A DNA stretch of 64,000 nucleotides from Negaprion brevirostris (lineage: Eukaryota): positions 37,007,451-37,071,450 of the forward strand of contig JARDVH010000124.1 of the NCBI GenBank assembly GCA_030324005.1. Direction: 5' to 3'. The notes beneath the pieces are model-generated. The model searched no databases and was not told where the DNA came from. It was given only the letters and a program-made list of their open reading frames with translations. Positions 23,170-34,787 of the stretch are shown here, piece by piece; position 1 is the stretch's first letter, and the number at the start of each line of letters is the position of its first letter. The position numbers and the translations under genes are program-made.

Positions 23170-24110
23170 CAATGTTAGCATTCATTTCGTGAGGACTAGA
23201 ATGCAAAAGCGGGGATATACGACTGAGGCTTTGTATTTAACGTTTAGAATATTGCAAGCAATTTTGGGCTCCGTATTTAAAGAATGATGTGCTGGCCTTG
23301 GAAGGGGTCCAGAGGAAGTTCATGAGAATGATCCCAGGAATGAAAGGCTTGACATATGAGAAACGACTGAGGACTCTGGGTCTTGTCTTTATGGAGTTTA
23401 GAAAGATGAACGGGGATCTCGTTGAAACTTACAGAATAATGAAAGGCCTGGATAGAGTGGATATGGGGAAGATGTTTGATTTGAGGGTACAGCCTCAGAG
23501 TGAAGGGAAGACCCTTTCGAACTGAGGTGAGGAGGAATTTCTTCAACCAGAGGATGGTGAACCTAAGGAGTTCACTGCCGCAGAAGACTGTGAAGGCCAG
23601 GTCACTGAGTATATTTAATGTAGAGATAGATAGGTTCTTGATTGGTAAAGGGATCAAAGATTACAGGAAAAAGCAGGACAATGGGTTTGTGAGTGGAAGG
23701 CAATAGCCTAATGGTATTATTGCTACAGTGTTAGCCCAGAAACTCAGCTAAAGGTCTGGGGACCTGGGTTCAAATCTCGCCACAGCAGATGGTAGAATTT
23801 GAATTCAATAAAAAAAATCTGGAATTAAGAATCTACTGATAACCATGAAAACCCATCACTAATGTCTGTGAGGGATGGAAATCTGCCATCCTTACCTGTT
23901 CTGGCCTGCATGTGGTTCTAGAGCCACAATAATGCGGTTGACTCTCAACTGCCTCCAAGGGCAAGTAGGGATGGGCAATAAATGCTGGCCCAGCCCATGT
24001 CCCACAAATTAGTTTAAAAAAAGCAACTTATCAGCCATGAATGAATAGCAGAGCAGACTCAATGAACTGAATGGCCTAATTCTGTTCCTATATCTTATGG
24101 TCTTATCTTA
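23170..24110 (+). mobile_element. CR1 (HER1-like) LINE 3' end, interrupted by a SINE
   Basis: ORF2 C-terminus LEGVQRKFMRMIPGMKGLTYEKRLRTLGL...GDLVETYRIMKG...RRNFFNQRMVNL. The 3' UTR resumes at about 24023 and ends tcttatggtcttat. Confidence 0.9.
23690..24022 (+). mobile_element. tRNA-derived SINE of a second family, nested in CR1
   Basis: B box ggttcaaatc, body ggtagaatttgaattcaataaaaaaaatctggaatt, tail agggatgggcaataaatgctggccc plus poly(A). Confidence 0.75.
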
Positions 24111-25385
24111 TTGGGCCAAATGAAGAAATAACTCTCTGTATTTTAAAGTTTCTTGGTTAAAAAGAGAATGATTGGGCTCAGAGTTCTTCCCCTTGCCCTT
24201 CTCCTTGTATCCTGGATTGTTTGTTGTTACGAGATTTTCCAAAGTTACAGAAAAGCAAAATTATTCCCATTGCCTTTGGAAGCATCAAGAGTATGTTTGT
24301 GCTTTTGTACATTTAAAACCAAAAAGGATATGTATTATATTAGGGGGAGTGAGTCCACCAAAACAATACCTGTGGGACATAAAGCACTACTTTATTCTGA
24401 ATGTTTCTGTGGCGGGGAGAATGGTTGAGTGACCCTAAAGGCTATTTTACGCTGGGCAGTGGCANNNNNNNNNNNNNNNNNNNNNNNNNNNNNNNNNNNN
24501 NNNNNNNNNNNNNNNNNNNNNNNNNNNNNNNAAGCAATTCACATGCCAGATGACATCAAACATCAGCCCCTAACTCGCACGCTGAGGGTTTCCTCAGGGG
24601 CAGCAGGTAGCAGGGATTTGAAGGTGATTGTTTGCATCAGTCTGAATCTAATCAAAGTCAATCCTGACTGGCTTTAACCCAGCATCAGGAGGTGGGAGTT
24701 TTTATCTGAACAAAGATCTGAGTAAATAAGCCTGCGCCATTTTCCTAGGAGGTTAGAATGTGAAACATTTCCAAATTGAGAACAAATACAAATTGCACCG
24801 TTGTATAAATGGGGTTAAAGTGCATGAGTGTCTGCTCTTTCAATCAGTAGAAATTTCCCTGCAGTGATTAAATCACAAATACATTAGGGGGAACCACAAA
24901 ATGCTCAATGTATTCCATGAATGGGAAAGATTTGGCCGACATATTGTTTACTTGTGGAATAAATTGAGTTTAAAGCACTCTGTTGTTTCAATGCTGGGTA
25001 ATCTTTGTATTTGTTTTTTAGGATTGGTTTTCTGAAATAAAGCAATTTAAACAATGTGAAGTATTCCCTTATTTTACGTTTTTGGAGGGTGTTTCTTATT
25101 TCCCCAGAATTTCATATATCCTGTTTCAAAATTCTTCAAAGGGTCTCCTTGGCAAGTCCAGTGCTTTAAACTCTTAGATACATTGAATCATAATTCTCTA
25201 ATCTCTGCAGAGTGTCTCAGTCTCTCTGGAGCAGGGAAGCAAACATTTGGCCAGGGTTCTAGATCGTGACTCTTGCTGGGACATCTATNNNNNNNNNNNN
25301 NNNNNNNNNNNNNNNNNNNNNNNNNNNNNNNNNNNNNNNNNNNNNNNNNNNNNNNNNNNNNNNNNNNNNNNNNNNNNNNNNNNNN

Positions 25386-25654
25386 CCGCCGCCCAGGGTC
25401 CATTCCTGTAACCCTATGTATTTACCCTGCTTATCTTCTTTACGCAAAGGGACAATTGAGCATGACCAGTCAACCTAACCCGCACATCTATGGAGGAAAC
25501 CGGAGCACCCAAAGGAAAACGGAACACCTGGAGGAAACCCATGCAGGCACAGGGAGAATATGCAAACTTCACACAGTTACCCAAGGCCAGAATTGAATCC
25601 AGGTCCCTGGCACTGTGAGGCAGCAGTGCTAACCACTGTGCCACCGTGTTGCCC
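25386..25654 (-). mobile_element. V-SINE, tail A, partly in an N gap
   Basis: V-domain and head in reverse complement, ending ccaccgtgttgccc. Confidence 0.85.
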
Positions 25655-26494
25655 TCTGTGCTAGCATGTTTTTATGAATATAGATATTGAACAGAGATTA
25701 GTTTCAGCAGTGATAACCCCATGACTCATAACAAGTCTTGCTGTCATTTTCAACCTAAAGTATAGGAGACTGGGGGGAGACTAAAGGGTTGCAGTGGTTC
25801 CCACCCTGGAATGTGACTTCAGGAGGAGAGTAACCCTGATATAGAGAAAATGGGGGGTACTGATTCCTTAGGGAATGATTGTGTTTCTTTAATTCATCCT
25901 GAGATGTTGTTAGTGAATTGCAATGTTTGTACGTCAATATTGCTCATGGCTTGAGGCAAATGTTAAAAAGGGAGTGTTTCTGTACATTTGCTCTTGAATA
26001 ATGGCAAGTAAAGAAGTATGTTAATGCACTTTAAACCAGAAAGAATAAAATAAATGGAGAGCAGTGGTGGAGAAGAGGGAACTTACAATTATGATGTTAT
26101 TAAACACTTGTGTGTGATGTTTTTCACAACACACGTGTGACCATGCGAGCTCAATTATATCCAGAATAACAAAACCTTTCTTACTTGTGAAGAATGGCAA
26201 CCAGTCTACTGCTGAAATATTGTCACATTGATATACCATGTGACCACTAAATAACTTTATTGTTCAGTTTCATAACTATGAATAAAGCTTGAGATTCTAA
26301 TAACTGAAGCTAACTATTACAGTCCTTACATGTGATAATGTTTTGGTGTTTGGCTCTCGATTTCCAGTTATATGCTGGGACAGTTTTTGAGGCACTTAGT
26401 TACAAAGTGAGTGCATCATGGTGGTTGGACAAACCTAGAATTAGGGCAGCTCGTCCTGCATCCATTTTCTTCTGGAATGCAATTTTCTGCAGTT

Positions 26495-26841
26495 AGAACC
26501 ATAGAATCCCTACTGTGCAGAAAGAGGCCGTTAAACCCATCGAGTTTGCACTGACTCTACGAAAGAACATTCTACCCAGGCCTGCCGTGCCCCCCATTCT
26601 CGTAACCCTCCACACACTTACCAAGGCTAATCCACCTAAGCTATACATCCTCGGACACTAAGGGACAATTTAGAATGACCAATCCACCCATATTTGGACT
26701 GAGGGAGGAAATCAGAGCACCAGGACAAAACCCACATAGACATGGCGAGAATGTGCAAACTCCAGACAGACAGTCACCCAAGACCAGGATCGAATCTGGG
26801 CCTCTGGCACTGTAAGGCAGCAATGCTAATCACTGTGCCAC
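26495..26841 (-). mobile_element. V-SINE, tail A
   Basis: agaaccatagaatccctac tail through gctaatcactgtgcca head. Confidence 0.85.
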
Positions 26842-27314
26842 ATTTTATTGACAGTGCATGACCCATTTGGTTGTAAACCTATTTAAATAAACACCGAGTG
26901 CAGTTCTGAGAGATTTGCCTCAGACTTGCTCAGTGTACTTCAGTGTCCACTTGGAATGGGAGCAGCATTGATTACCCAGTTTACATGGCAGGTGGGAACT
27001 CTTAAAGGAGATCAGGTTTTGTTCAGTTTTTTTCATTGTTGCAATGTTAGTTGTGCAATTTTAGTCATGTGTTTATTTTTTCTGAAGTAACTTTTTTTGG
27101 ACAATTTTTAATGTATTTTTAAAAGTTTTTGAGGTAAATTTGTAGTTGAGATACCTTTTCACAGCATTCTTGGTTGAGGAGATACAAGGTAACAAAGCAG
27201 GAGGAACAATAAGCACCAGACCATATTTGTAAACCTGAGCGTCCTTGAAGGCTATAATGAAAGATAATTCCCTTACAACTTGCTGGGGTTATCAACAAGC
27301 CAGATTTTGGCATC

Positions 27315-27410
27315 ATAAAAGCAGAAAATGTTGGAAATACTCATTGGATCAGGCAGCATCTGTGGAGAGACAAAAAGTGAACGTTTCAGGTCAATAGTGC
27401 TTCATCAGAT
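27315..27410 (-). mobile_element. Penelope-like terminal repeat fragment
   Basis: aaaagcagaaaatgttggaaatactca...gcagcatctgtggagaga...aacgtttcaggtc...cttcatcaga. Confidence 0.65.
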
Positions 27411-27879
27411 TTTTGTCATACATCTGTTGGCAAGAAAAGTATTTTAATTTCCTTTCCCATTGAATAGCTTGAAACCACTACCAAACACAACTGCAATGGT
27501 ACATTTCCAAAGTACAGGGTTCACTGATGCTTAACATGTGATTGACCTGAAGTCTATCTTAGGTGTCAGTAAGTAACTATATCATGTCGCACTTGCTTAA
27601 CGTGTCAACTGATCGAAAACCTTAAGAGTAGACAAGTTTTCAAAGTTTCAAATGGGATATCCTGTCTGAAGCATGGGCCTGTGTGAGATATATTGAAAAA
27701 GCTGCCAGGTGGAGAGGGAGTGTAACAAAACAAAGTGGTACATGGGAAATAGTTTGACGTGAAACACCTTGCAGAATTTATCTTGGGTAGTCCGTCCATT
27801 AGCAGGCTGCAACTGGGCACTTTTGCTGGCATCATCACATCATGGTCATCTATAGAAAGTCCACCAGAACTGGAAAGCA

Positions 27880-28977
27880 AGATGACTAAATTTGAAATTG
27901 GTCTCCTTCAGGAATGCTGAAAACTATCTTGAAAAATTTCTGGGCAAGTTTCCAGTATGTTAAAGGTACTATGTCAGTACAAGTTGTTGTTATTTTTGAT
28001 CCTTCCCACACAGCTCCATGAGTCTCATGGTTTTTTGAGTCCTCCATGCAATCCAGGGAACTGTAGACATAACCCTTGCAGCACGCCAAATTTCAAGAAA
28101 AGTTCCACAAATCGATTGTTTGTACTTGTTGCTTGTTGACCTGACCAAGGCTTTTGACACAATGAACTGCGAAGCCTGTGGAAGGTTCTGTACCAATAGA
28201 ACATTACAGCGCAGAACAGGCCCTTCGGCCCACGATGTTGCGCCGACCAGCTTTTTTAAAAAAAAAAACACTNNNNNNNNNNNNNNNNNNNNNNNNNNNN
28301 NNNNNNNNNNNNNNNNNNNNNNNNNNNNNNNNNNNNNNNNNNNNNNNNNNNNNNNNNNNNNNNNNNNNNNNNNNNNNNNNNNNNNNNNNNNNNNNNNNNN
28401 NNNNNNNNNNNNNNNNNNNNNNNNNNNNNNNNNNNNNNNNNNNNNNNNNNNNNNNNNNNNNNNNNNNNNNNNNNNNNNNNNNNNNNNNNNNNNNNNNNNN
28501 NNNNNNNNNNNNNNNNNNNNNNNNNNNNNNNNNNNNNNNNNNNNNNNNNNNNNNNNNNNNNNNNNNNNNNNNNNNNNNNNNNNNNNNNNNNNNNNNNNNN
28601 NNNNNNNNNNNNNNNNNNNNNNNNNNNNNNNNNNNNNNNNNNNNNNTTTTTCTACCTTGGGAGTATCCTCACTATGTTAGATGAGAAAAACAATCATTAC
28701 TTTGTAAGAGCAAGCTCAGTATTTGACAGCCTCAGACTTTGGAAAGTTAATAGAGTTTGCCTCAGAACAAAAATCAAAGCTTACCTGGCAGTGGTTCCTT
28801 AATCACTTCGTTATGAGTGTGATACTCATTGGCATCGCACAAGGTAACTAGAAATATTCCGTCTCCGCTGTCTGAGATCTATTTGCAAAGTCAGGTGGCA
28901 GGATAACATCCGCATCACCCAGATTCTTGCAAAGTGCTGCATACCTGGCATTGAGAGCATGCTCATCAGAGCTCAGT
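27880..28977 (+). mobile_element. RTE (BovB-like) LINE relic interrupted by a CR1 insertion and N gap
   Basis: LVDLTKAFDTMN, FYLGSIL and IPGIESMLIRAQ motifs in the order expected for RTE reverse transcriptase. Confidence 0.65.
28177..28260 (-). mobile_element. CR1 3' tail, body probably in the following N gap
   Basis: tagaacattacagcgcagaacaggcccttcggcccacgatgttgcgccgacc; CpGs are retained, suggesting a young copy. Confidence 0.75.
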
Positions 28978-29094
28978 TTTCCGGTGTTCCAGTTTTTTCC
29001 CACAGTCCAAAAGACTTGCTGGTTATGTGCATTGGCCATGCAGGCTCGATGGGCTTCCTTCTGCAGTGTAGGGATTCTATAATTCTACAATTCT
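28978..29094 (+). mobile_element. Internally deleted V-SINE fragment
   Basis: ttttttcccacagtccaaaagac...cattggccatgcaggctcgatggg...gtagggattctataattcta. Confidence 0.7.
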
Positions 29095-29096
29095 TT

Positions 29097-29400
29097 GTCT
29101 GTAATCTTTTCCAGCCGCCGTAATCCTCTGAGATATCTGCACTCCCCTAATTCTGGCCTCTTGAGATATCCCAATATTAATCACTCTACAATTGGTGGCA
29201 GCAGTTTCAGTTGCCTTGGTCTGGAGCTCTGGAATATGCTCCCTACACCTCTCCATCTCTCTTTACCTCACTCTCCTCCTTCAAGACACTCATTTAAACC
29301 TATCTCTTTGACAAATAGTTAGCCACCTGACTGAGTACCTCATGTGGCTTGGTGCCATATTTTGTTCCATAATGCACCTATGAAGCACCTTAGGATATTC
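29097..29400 (+). mobile_element. L2 LINE 3' end
   Basis: LRYLHSPNSGLLRYP...TIGGSSFSCLGLELWNMLP (L2 ORF2 C-terminus) followed by 3' UTR with gaagcaccttagga. Confidence 0.75.
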
Positions 29401-29409
29401 TGATGCTTT

Positions 29410-30322
29410 TAGCTGCTTTGCTGGCCACAGCAACATCATCATGGCCTCTCCCTTGATGGTTGGATACTGCTGCATGTGCATTTTCATCATCATCTTCTGC
29501 GTGAGAGAGAAACATGCAGTGAGTAATGTGCTCATCATGGTTGCATATCTGATAATGTGTGCAAACCATTATCTAGGATTGCAGCGGTGCTCAGTGCGTA
29601 AGGCTGAGGTGAAGCTATGATTGTGAAGTATGAGTCATGGTTGATAGAGGTTGTTGCTAGATGAGTGTAGATGGGTGGTGTATTGGGCTGTGTGTGAGGT
29701 TAGTGGTGCAGCTGGTGGGATATAAGATTTAAAAATTTATTCTGGCCTTGACCACGCATGTGAGGTCATTAAACTTCTTACACCACTGCATCCAGTTCCT
29801 CTTGCACAGTCTGCACCAGCGCTCACTCCCGCCACCCTCCACTCCCCGCCCCCTTTCCCCAAAGGTCATCACTGGGATCCCCCGCTCTCCGTTCACTCTG
29901 AGCTGTCACCACAGTGCCAACCTGTGCCAACGGGCAATACCGAGGGGTATTGCCAGGCCAATGCCTGGCCACATCCCTCACCGCCAGGGGCTATACTTAC
30001 TTTTAAGACCCTAGGGAGACCCCTGCAGCAGGTTCAGGCCTAAGTGAACCTGTTATAAATGGCGCCAGGGTGACAGCATTCTGGCAATTGCTGAATATTC
30101 GGTGAGTCGGGGGTGGGGGGTGGCATCCCGGAGAGGGTGCCTGCTAATGATATGCATTGGAGTAAAATGAGCTTTCTGCAGTCCCGTAGCATTTTGCAAC
30201 ACTCCACTGGCACGCAGCCAATAAGATCGGAACTTGGAAACTCGCTGGCATGCATCATGCTCTCTGGGTTTTGATCGCATGCCGCCATTCCCAAAGACGG
30301 ATAGTTGGGCTCAAATCCTCCC
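29410..30322 (-). mobile_element. PIF/Harbinger relic with Myb/SANT-like gene fragment
   Basis: 29800-29747 on the minus strand reads RNWMQWCKKFNDLTCVVK; GC-rich flanks similar to the other copies. Boundaries are approximate. Confidence 0.6.
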
Positions 30323-33157
30323 CTGCTAACTCTGTTCCTCTCAGACGCTGACTTACTAGCTGAGTATTTTTAGCATTTTCTGTCTTATTTCAGATTTCCG
30401 GTGACCGCAGTGTTTTGCTTCAGTCATGTGAAATGCTGTTAAACCTTTCACAATTCTAGGCCCATTCCTCAGATAAGAAGGTACTAACACTGCATAAAGC
30501 ACTGCCTGCAGGCAGCAATCATGTAATTGAACAAACAATAACAAGTTTACATGCTGTCTGCATTGGAAAGAACTGACACAGATTGCAATCCTGTGCCCAT
30601 TTTCAGGAGTTGTTGAATTTTGCCCCCGGTATCAAAAATGGGAATTCATGTTATTGTGGAGAGGCTTCAAAGACATACCTGAAATGTAACATGACAAACT
30701 ACTGTATAAAACATAACAGTATATCCGTGGTAAAGATTGCTGATGGGAAACCTTTTTGGGTCAAGCGATCCAAGGGATCTCCACCTTCATCAGAAATACA
30801 GTAGCAAGTGGAATGAGACACGAGTTCGATTCNNNNNNNNNNNNNNNNNNNNNNNNNNNNNNNNNNNNNNNNNNNNNNNNNNNNNNNNNNNNNNNNNNNN
30901 NNNNNNNNNNNNNNNNNNNNNNNNNNNNNNNNNNNNNNNNNNNNNNNNNNNNNNNNNNNNNNNNNNNNNNNNNNNNNNNNNNNNNNNNNNNNNNNNNNNN
31001 NNNNNNNNNNNNNNNNNNNNNNNNNNNNNNNNNNNNNNNNNNNNNNNNNNNNNNNNNNNNNNNNNNNNNNNNNNNNNNNNNNNNNNNNNNNNNNNNNNNN
31101 NNNNNNNNNNNNNNNNNNNNNNNNNNNNNNNNNNNNNNNNNNNNNNNNNNNNNNNNNNNNNNNNNNNNNNNNNNNNNNNNNNNNNNNNNNNNNNNNNNNN
31201 NNNNNNNNNNNNNNNNNNNNNNNNNNNNNNNNNNNNNNNNNNNNNNNNNNNNNNNNNNNNNNNNNNNNNNNNNNNNNNNNNNNNNNNNNNNNNNNNNNNN
31301 NNNNNNNNNNNNNNNNNNNNNNNNNNNNNNNNNNNNNNNNNNNNNNNNNNNNNNNNNNNNNNNNNNNNNNNNNNNNNNNNNNNNNNNNNNNNNNNNNNNN
31401 NNNNNNNNNNNNNNNNNNNNNNNNNNNNNNNNNNNNNNNNNNNNNNNNNNNNNNNNNNNNNNNNNNNNNNNNNNNNNNNNNNNNNNNNNNNNNNNNNTGG
31501 GAAAGATAAATGATTTAATGAGCCATTTGAGATAATCTAATCTTCATGGTCTGGTTATACACAGAGTGGTGTGATCACTAAAAACAAACTGCCCTTCTTC
31601 AGGATGAATGTTCCTATACCAAATTCCCCCCAAAAAATCTATTGCATCCTTCATCAACCACTAGTCTTGTACCAGGTTGACAGAAATTTAATTCAAGTCA
31701 GCTCTTGAAAATAATTATTGTATTTTGAGAGCAGTAATCATTGGTTTGGACATGATTGAATGTGTCCATGCCTATTGACTTTTTCTATGATTTATAGGTT
31801 TGTTTAGTCGATATTCCCATCTAAATTGTATAATTAATTATAAGTGTAGCTGTCAGGTCAGAGGATGGAATGCACTGATGAGTATTTGGGAAGATTAAAT
31901 TTTCCTTTGCCATACAGATGTAGAATTGGGAATTTCACGGTCCGGCTGTGGATAGAGTTGTTCTTGGTGCCTGCTTATTTAGTCTCTGACTTGCTGCATG
32001 CTGAAGTGTCATTGATTTTTGGGCTTTATCTGTGTGCTGTCTCTCCAGTAACACTGGAATCTATTTAAATTGAACAATCACTGACAAACTTTCTTGTCAG
32101 TTAACTGCTTTGTCACTGTCCCCTTAGTCTCTCCCACACACAGTCCACTAAAGCACAATCTTATCCTTGCAATACTTTTTGATACATTCCCTTGGTGCAC
32201 AACAAAAAAAAACCTTCTTGCAAATATTTTGCTGTCGGAGAAGTGCTTTGCAATGATTTGAATTTGATACTGCCGTTTAATCATTTGGTTCTGACCTCAT
32301 CATGCTTCTGTCACTAAAACCTAAGAATGGCACTCCAGGATGCTGTGTTCTAACATGGATTAACCCTTAAAGGGTCATTTATTACATTTGCTCTGCCACC
32401 TTTCTCTAAGGTGCTCTATATTGGGTGTTTAAAAGGGTGAAAAATAAGTTGTCGAAAGTCTACCTTTAATTTTTGTTATATTCCAGCAGCATTATAAATA
32501 AAGCTTTACAACTCAAACTTATTCTTCCGAGTTTTATGATGTTACAACAAAATGTTATATAATAGTAAAGTTTTGGAGGATAGAGACTATTGAACTAAAG
32601 TTGGATGTCTTTAATGTTGATCATAAAATTCTGGCTGTAGGAACTCTGACGCATTGAACTATCTCCGAGCACATTATTAAGTCCATGTATAGGGCTGTTA
32701 ATTAATAGGGTTTTTCAAACTTTCCTAATGTTCCTAAAGAACTGAATCATCTTTGATACATCTCAGATAACCACAAATCAGTGGAAGAACCAGCTAGCCT
32801 TCAAGCCCAAGTTGAACTGGGGCTGCTGAAGAACTGTTGTGTTGCAATAGGATCCACTCTAGTGTGGATGGGTTCCTGAAGTGTGGGTTTTGTAGAGTCA
32901 TAAGCCAAATGTGAAACTGCTGGGACTTGTTAAGATTAGGTAACTAGAAAGATCTGCAGGCAAAGTTGATAGCATAGTGGCCTTGGAGATCCAGAATGGC
33001 GTCTATGGGCCCATCCATACTCTATTGAGGGTGTTAGTGAGTGTTACTGGAAACATGACGAGTGGATAGATAATAATACCGTCAATATCTAATGCTGACC
33101 TGACAATAGCAATGCCATTTTGGAGCTTCTTATCATGTGTGTCTGAACACACAGCAG

Positions 33158-33485
33158 TCATGATGTGGATGTGCCGGCGTTGGACTGGGGTAAACACAGT
33201 AAAAAATCTGACAACACCAGGTTTTAGTCCAACCGATTTATTTGATAGTAAACTCANNNNNNNNNNNNNNNNNNNNNNNNNNNNNNNNNNNNNNNNNNNN
33301 NNNNNNNNNNNNNNNNNNNNNNNNNNNNNNNNNNNNNNNNNNNNNNNNNNNNNNNNTGCTTTATATGCTCTGTCCGAGGCCAGAACTCTCCATTCACCTG
33401 ACGAAGAGGGAGTCCCCTCGAAAGCTTGTGAGTGTACTATCAAATAAATCGGTTGGACTAAAACCTTGTGTTGTCAGACTTTTTG
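33158..33485. mobile_element. Short Penelope-like insertion made of two inverted terminal repeats, with a 15-bp flanking duplication
   Basis: ctgaacacacagcag at 33143-33157 and 33486-33500. Arm tctgacaacaccaggttttagtccaaccgatttatttgatagt (about 33208-33250) is near-perfectly complementary to about 33436-33479. Confidence 0.8.
33392..33433 (+). ncRNA. Putative minimal type I hammerhead ribozyme within a Penelope repeat
   Basis: ATTCAC (stem I) - CTGACGA - A - GAGGG agtc CCCTC (stem II) - GAA - AGCT (palindromic stem III) - T - GTGAGT (stem I'). Confidence 0.65.
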
Positions 33486-33554
33486 CTGAACACACAGCAG
33501 CAGGAAAAACCTCAGAACCAATCCTAAAAACACTAGAATATTATTTCAGAAGAT

Positions 33555-33846
33555 CATCAGCTACTTAGTGGTTAGTTGCTAATTGATTTTAAGTTACTAA
33601 TGTCTATAGGGAGTGGTGTGGCTGCTGTTGTGGTCCTGATTTCATATTTTCTGTATAAGGCAGCTTCACCCAGACACAAGTGCAGTAGTAGGGTTCACAG
33701 TGAAATACTGCAAGACAGAGAATTAATGGAGATCATGCAACATAGAAAAATCAAAGAAATGAGAAGGAGGAAAGTACTCTCAGTGAAAAGTGATGTCTGC
33801 CAGCTATGTTCAAGGAGAAATTGTCCGACCTGAACCTCAGCGAGGA
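33555..33846 (+). repeat. About 290-bp local direct repeat, copy 1
   Basis: catcagctactta...gaacctcagcga aligns end to end with 34460-34750, with scattered substitutions and small indels. Confidence 0.95.
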
Positions 33847-34159
33847 GCAACGTGCAATTAGGAGTTCATGACTGAAATTTGCCTTCCTGCTGCAGCCACA
33901 ATGACAACCTCGGATCTGGGTCAGGGCATTGCCAGTGGCTGTCCACTGTTGTCTAAGGGCAATCTCTCTATTCAAAGAGAGCTAACCACATTTCATTCTC
34001 TCTTGCCAGAGAGGGCAAACGGGCAGGTTTGTTAGGGTTACAGGCTTCTCTGAGACACAAGATGCCACAGATTGCACACATATTGCTTTGCCAGCACCAC
34101 CTGCCAGCTATGAGATGGATTCTACTCCCTCAGTGTCCAACTGGAGTGTGACTATACAT

Positions 34160-34448
34160 GGCACATGGTGGCACAGTGACTAACACTGCTGCCTCGCAGT
34201 GTCAATGAGCTGAGTTCGAGTGTCACTATCTATGCAGAGTCTGCATACTCTCCCTGAGTCTGTACGCATTTCCTCCAGGTGCTCTGGTTTGCTCCCACAG
34301 TCCAAAAGACTTGCTGGTTAGGTGCAGTGGCCATGCTAAATTCTCTCTCAGTGAACCTGAACAGGCACCAGAGTGAGGCAACTAGGGGATTTTCACAGTA
34401 ACTTCATTGCAGTGTTAATGCTAGCCTACTTGTCACTAATAAATAAAT
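34160..34448 (+). mobile_element. V-SINE, tail B
   Basis: ggtggcacagtgactaacactgctgcctc head through agcctacttgtcactaataaataaa. Confidence 0.9.
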
Positions 34449-34459
34449 ATACACTCAAG

Positions 34460-34750
34460 CATCAGCTACTTAATGGTTAGTTGCTAATTAATTTTAAGTT
34501 ACTGATGTCTACAGGGAGTGGTGTGGCTGCTGTTGTGGTCCTGATTTCAAGTTTTCTGAAGCAACTTCACCCAGATGCAGATGCAGTAGTAGGGGTTCAC
34601 GATGAAATACTGTATGACTGAGAGAATTAACGGAGACCATGCAACATAGGAAAATCAGAGAAACGAGAAGGGGGAAAGTACTCTCAGTGAAAAGTGATGC
34701 CTGCCAGCTATGTTCAAGGAGGAATCGTCCGATTTGAACCTCAGTGAAGA
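34460..34750 (+). repeat. About 290-bp local direct repeat, copy 2
   Basis: Second copy of 33555-33846. Confidence 0.95.
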
Positions 34751-34787
34751 ATTAAGGCATTAGGCATAATCCTAATGCCTTAATTCT
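34748..34787. repeat. Perfect 17-bp inverted repeat with 6-nt spacer
   Basis: agaattaaggcattagg cataat cctaatgccttaattct. Confidence 0.95.

Noticed and set aside
30737-31535. Long ORFs of 258-259 aa, and similar ORFs at 28120-28684 and 3959-4477
   Set aside because: They are open only because they cross N runs; there is no coding evidence.
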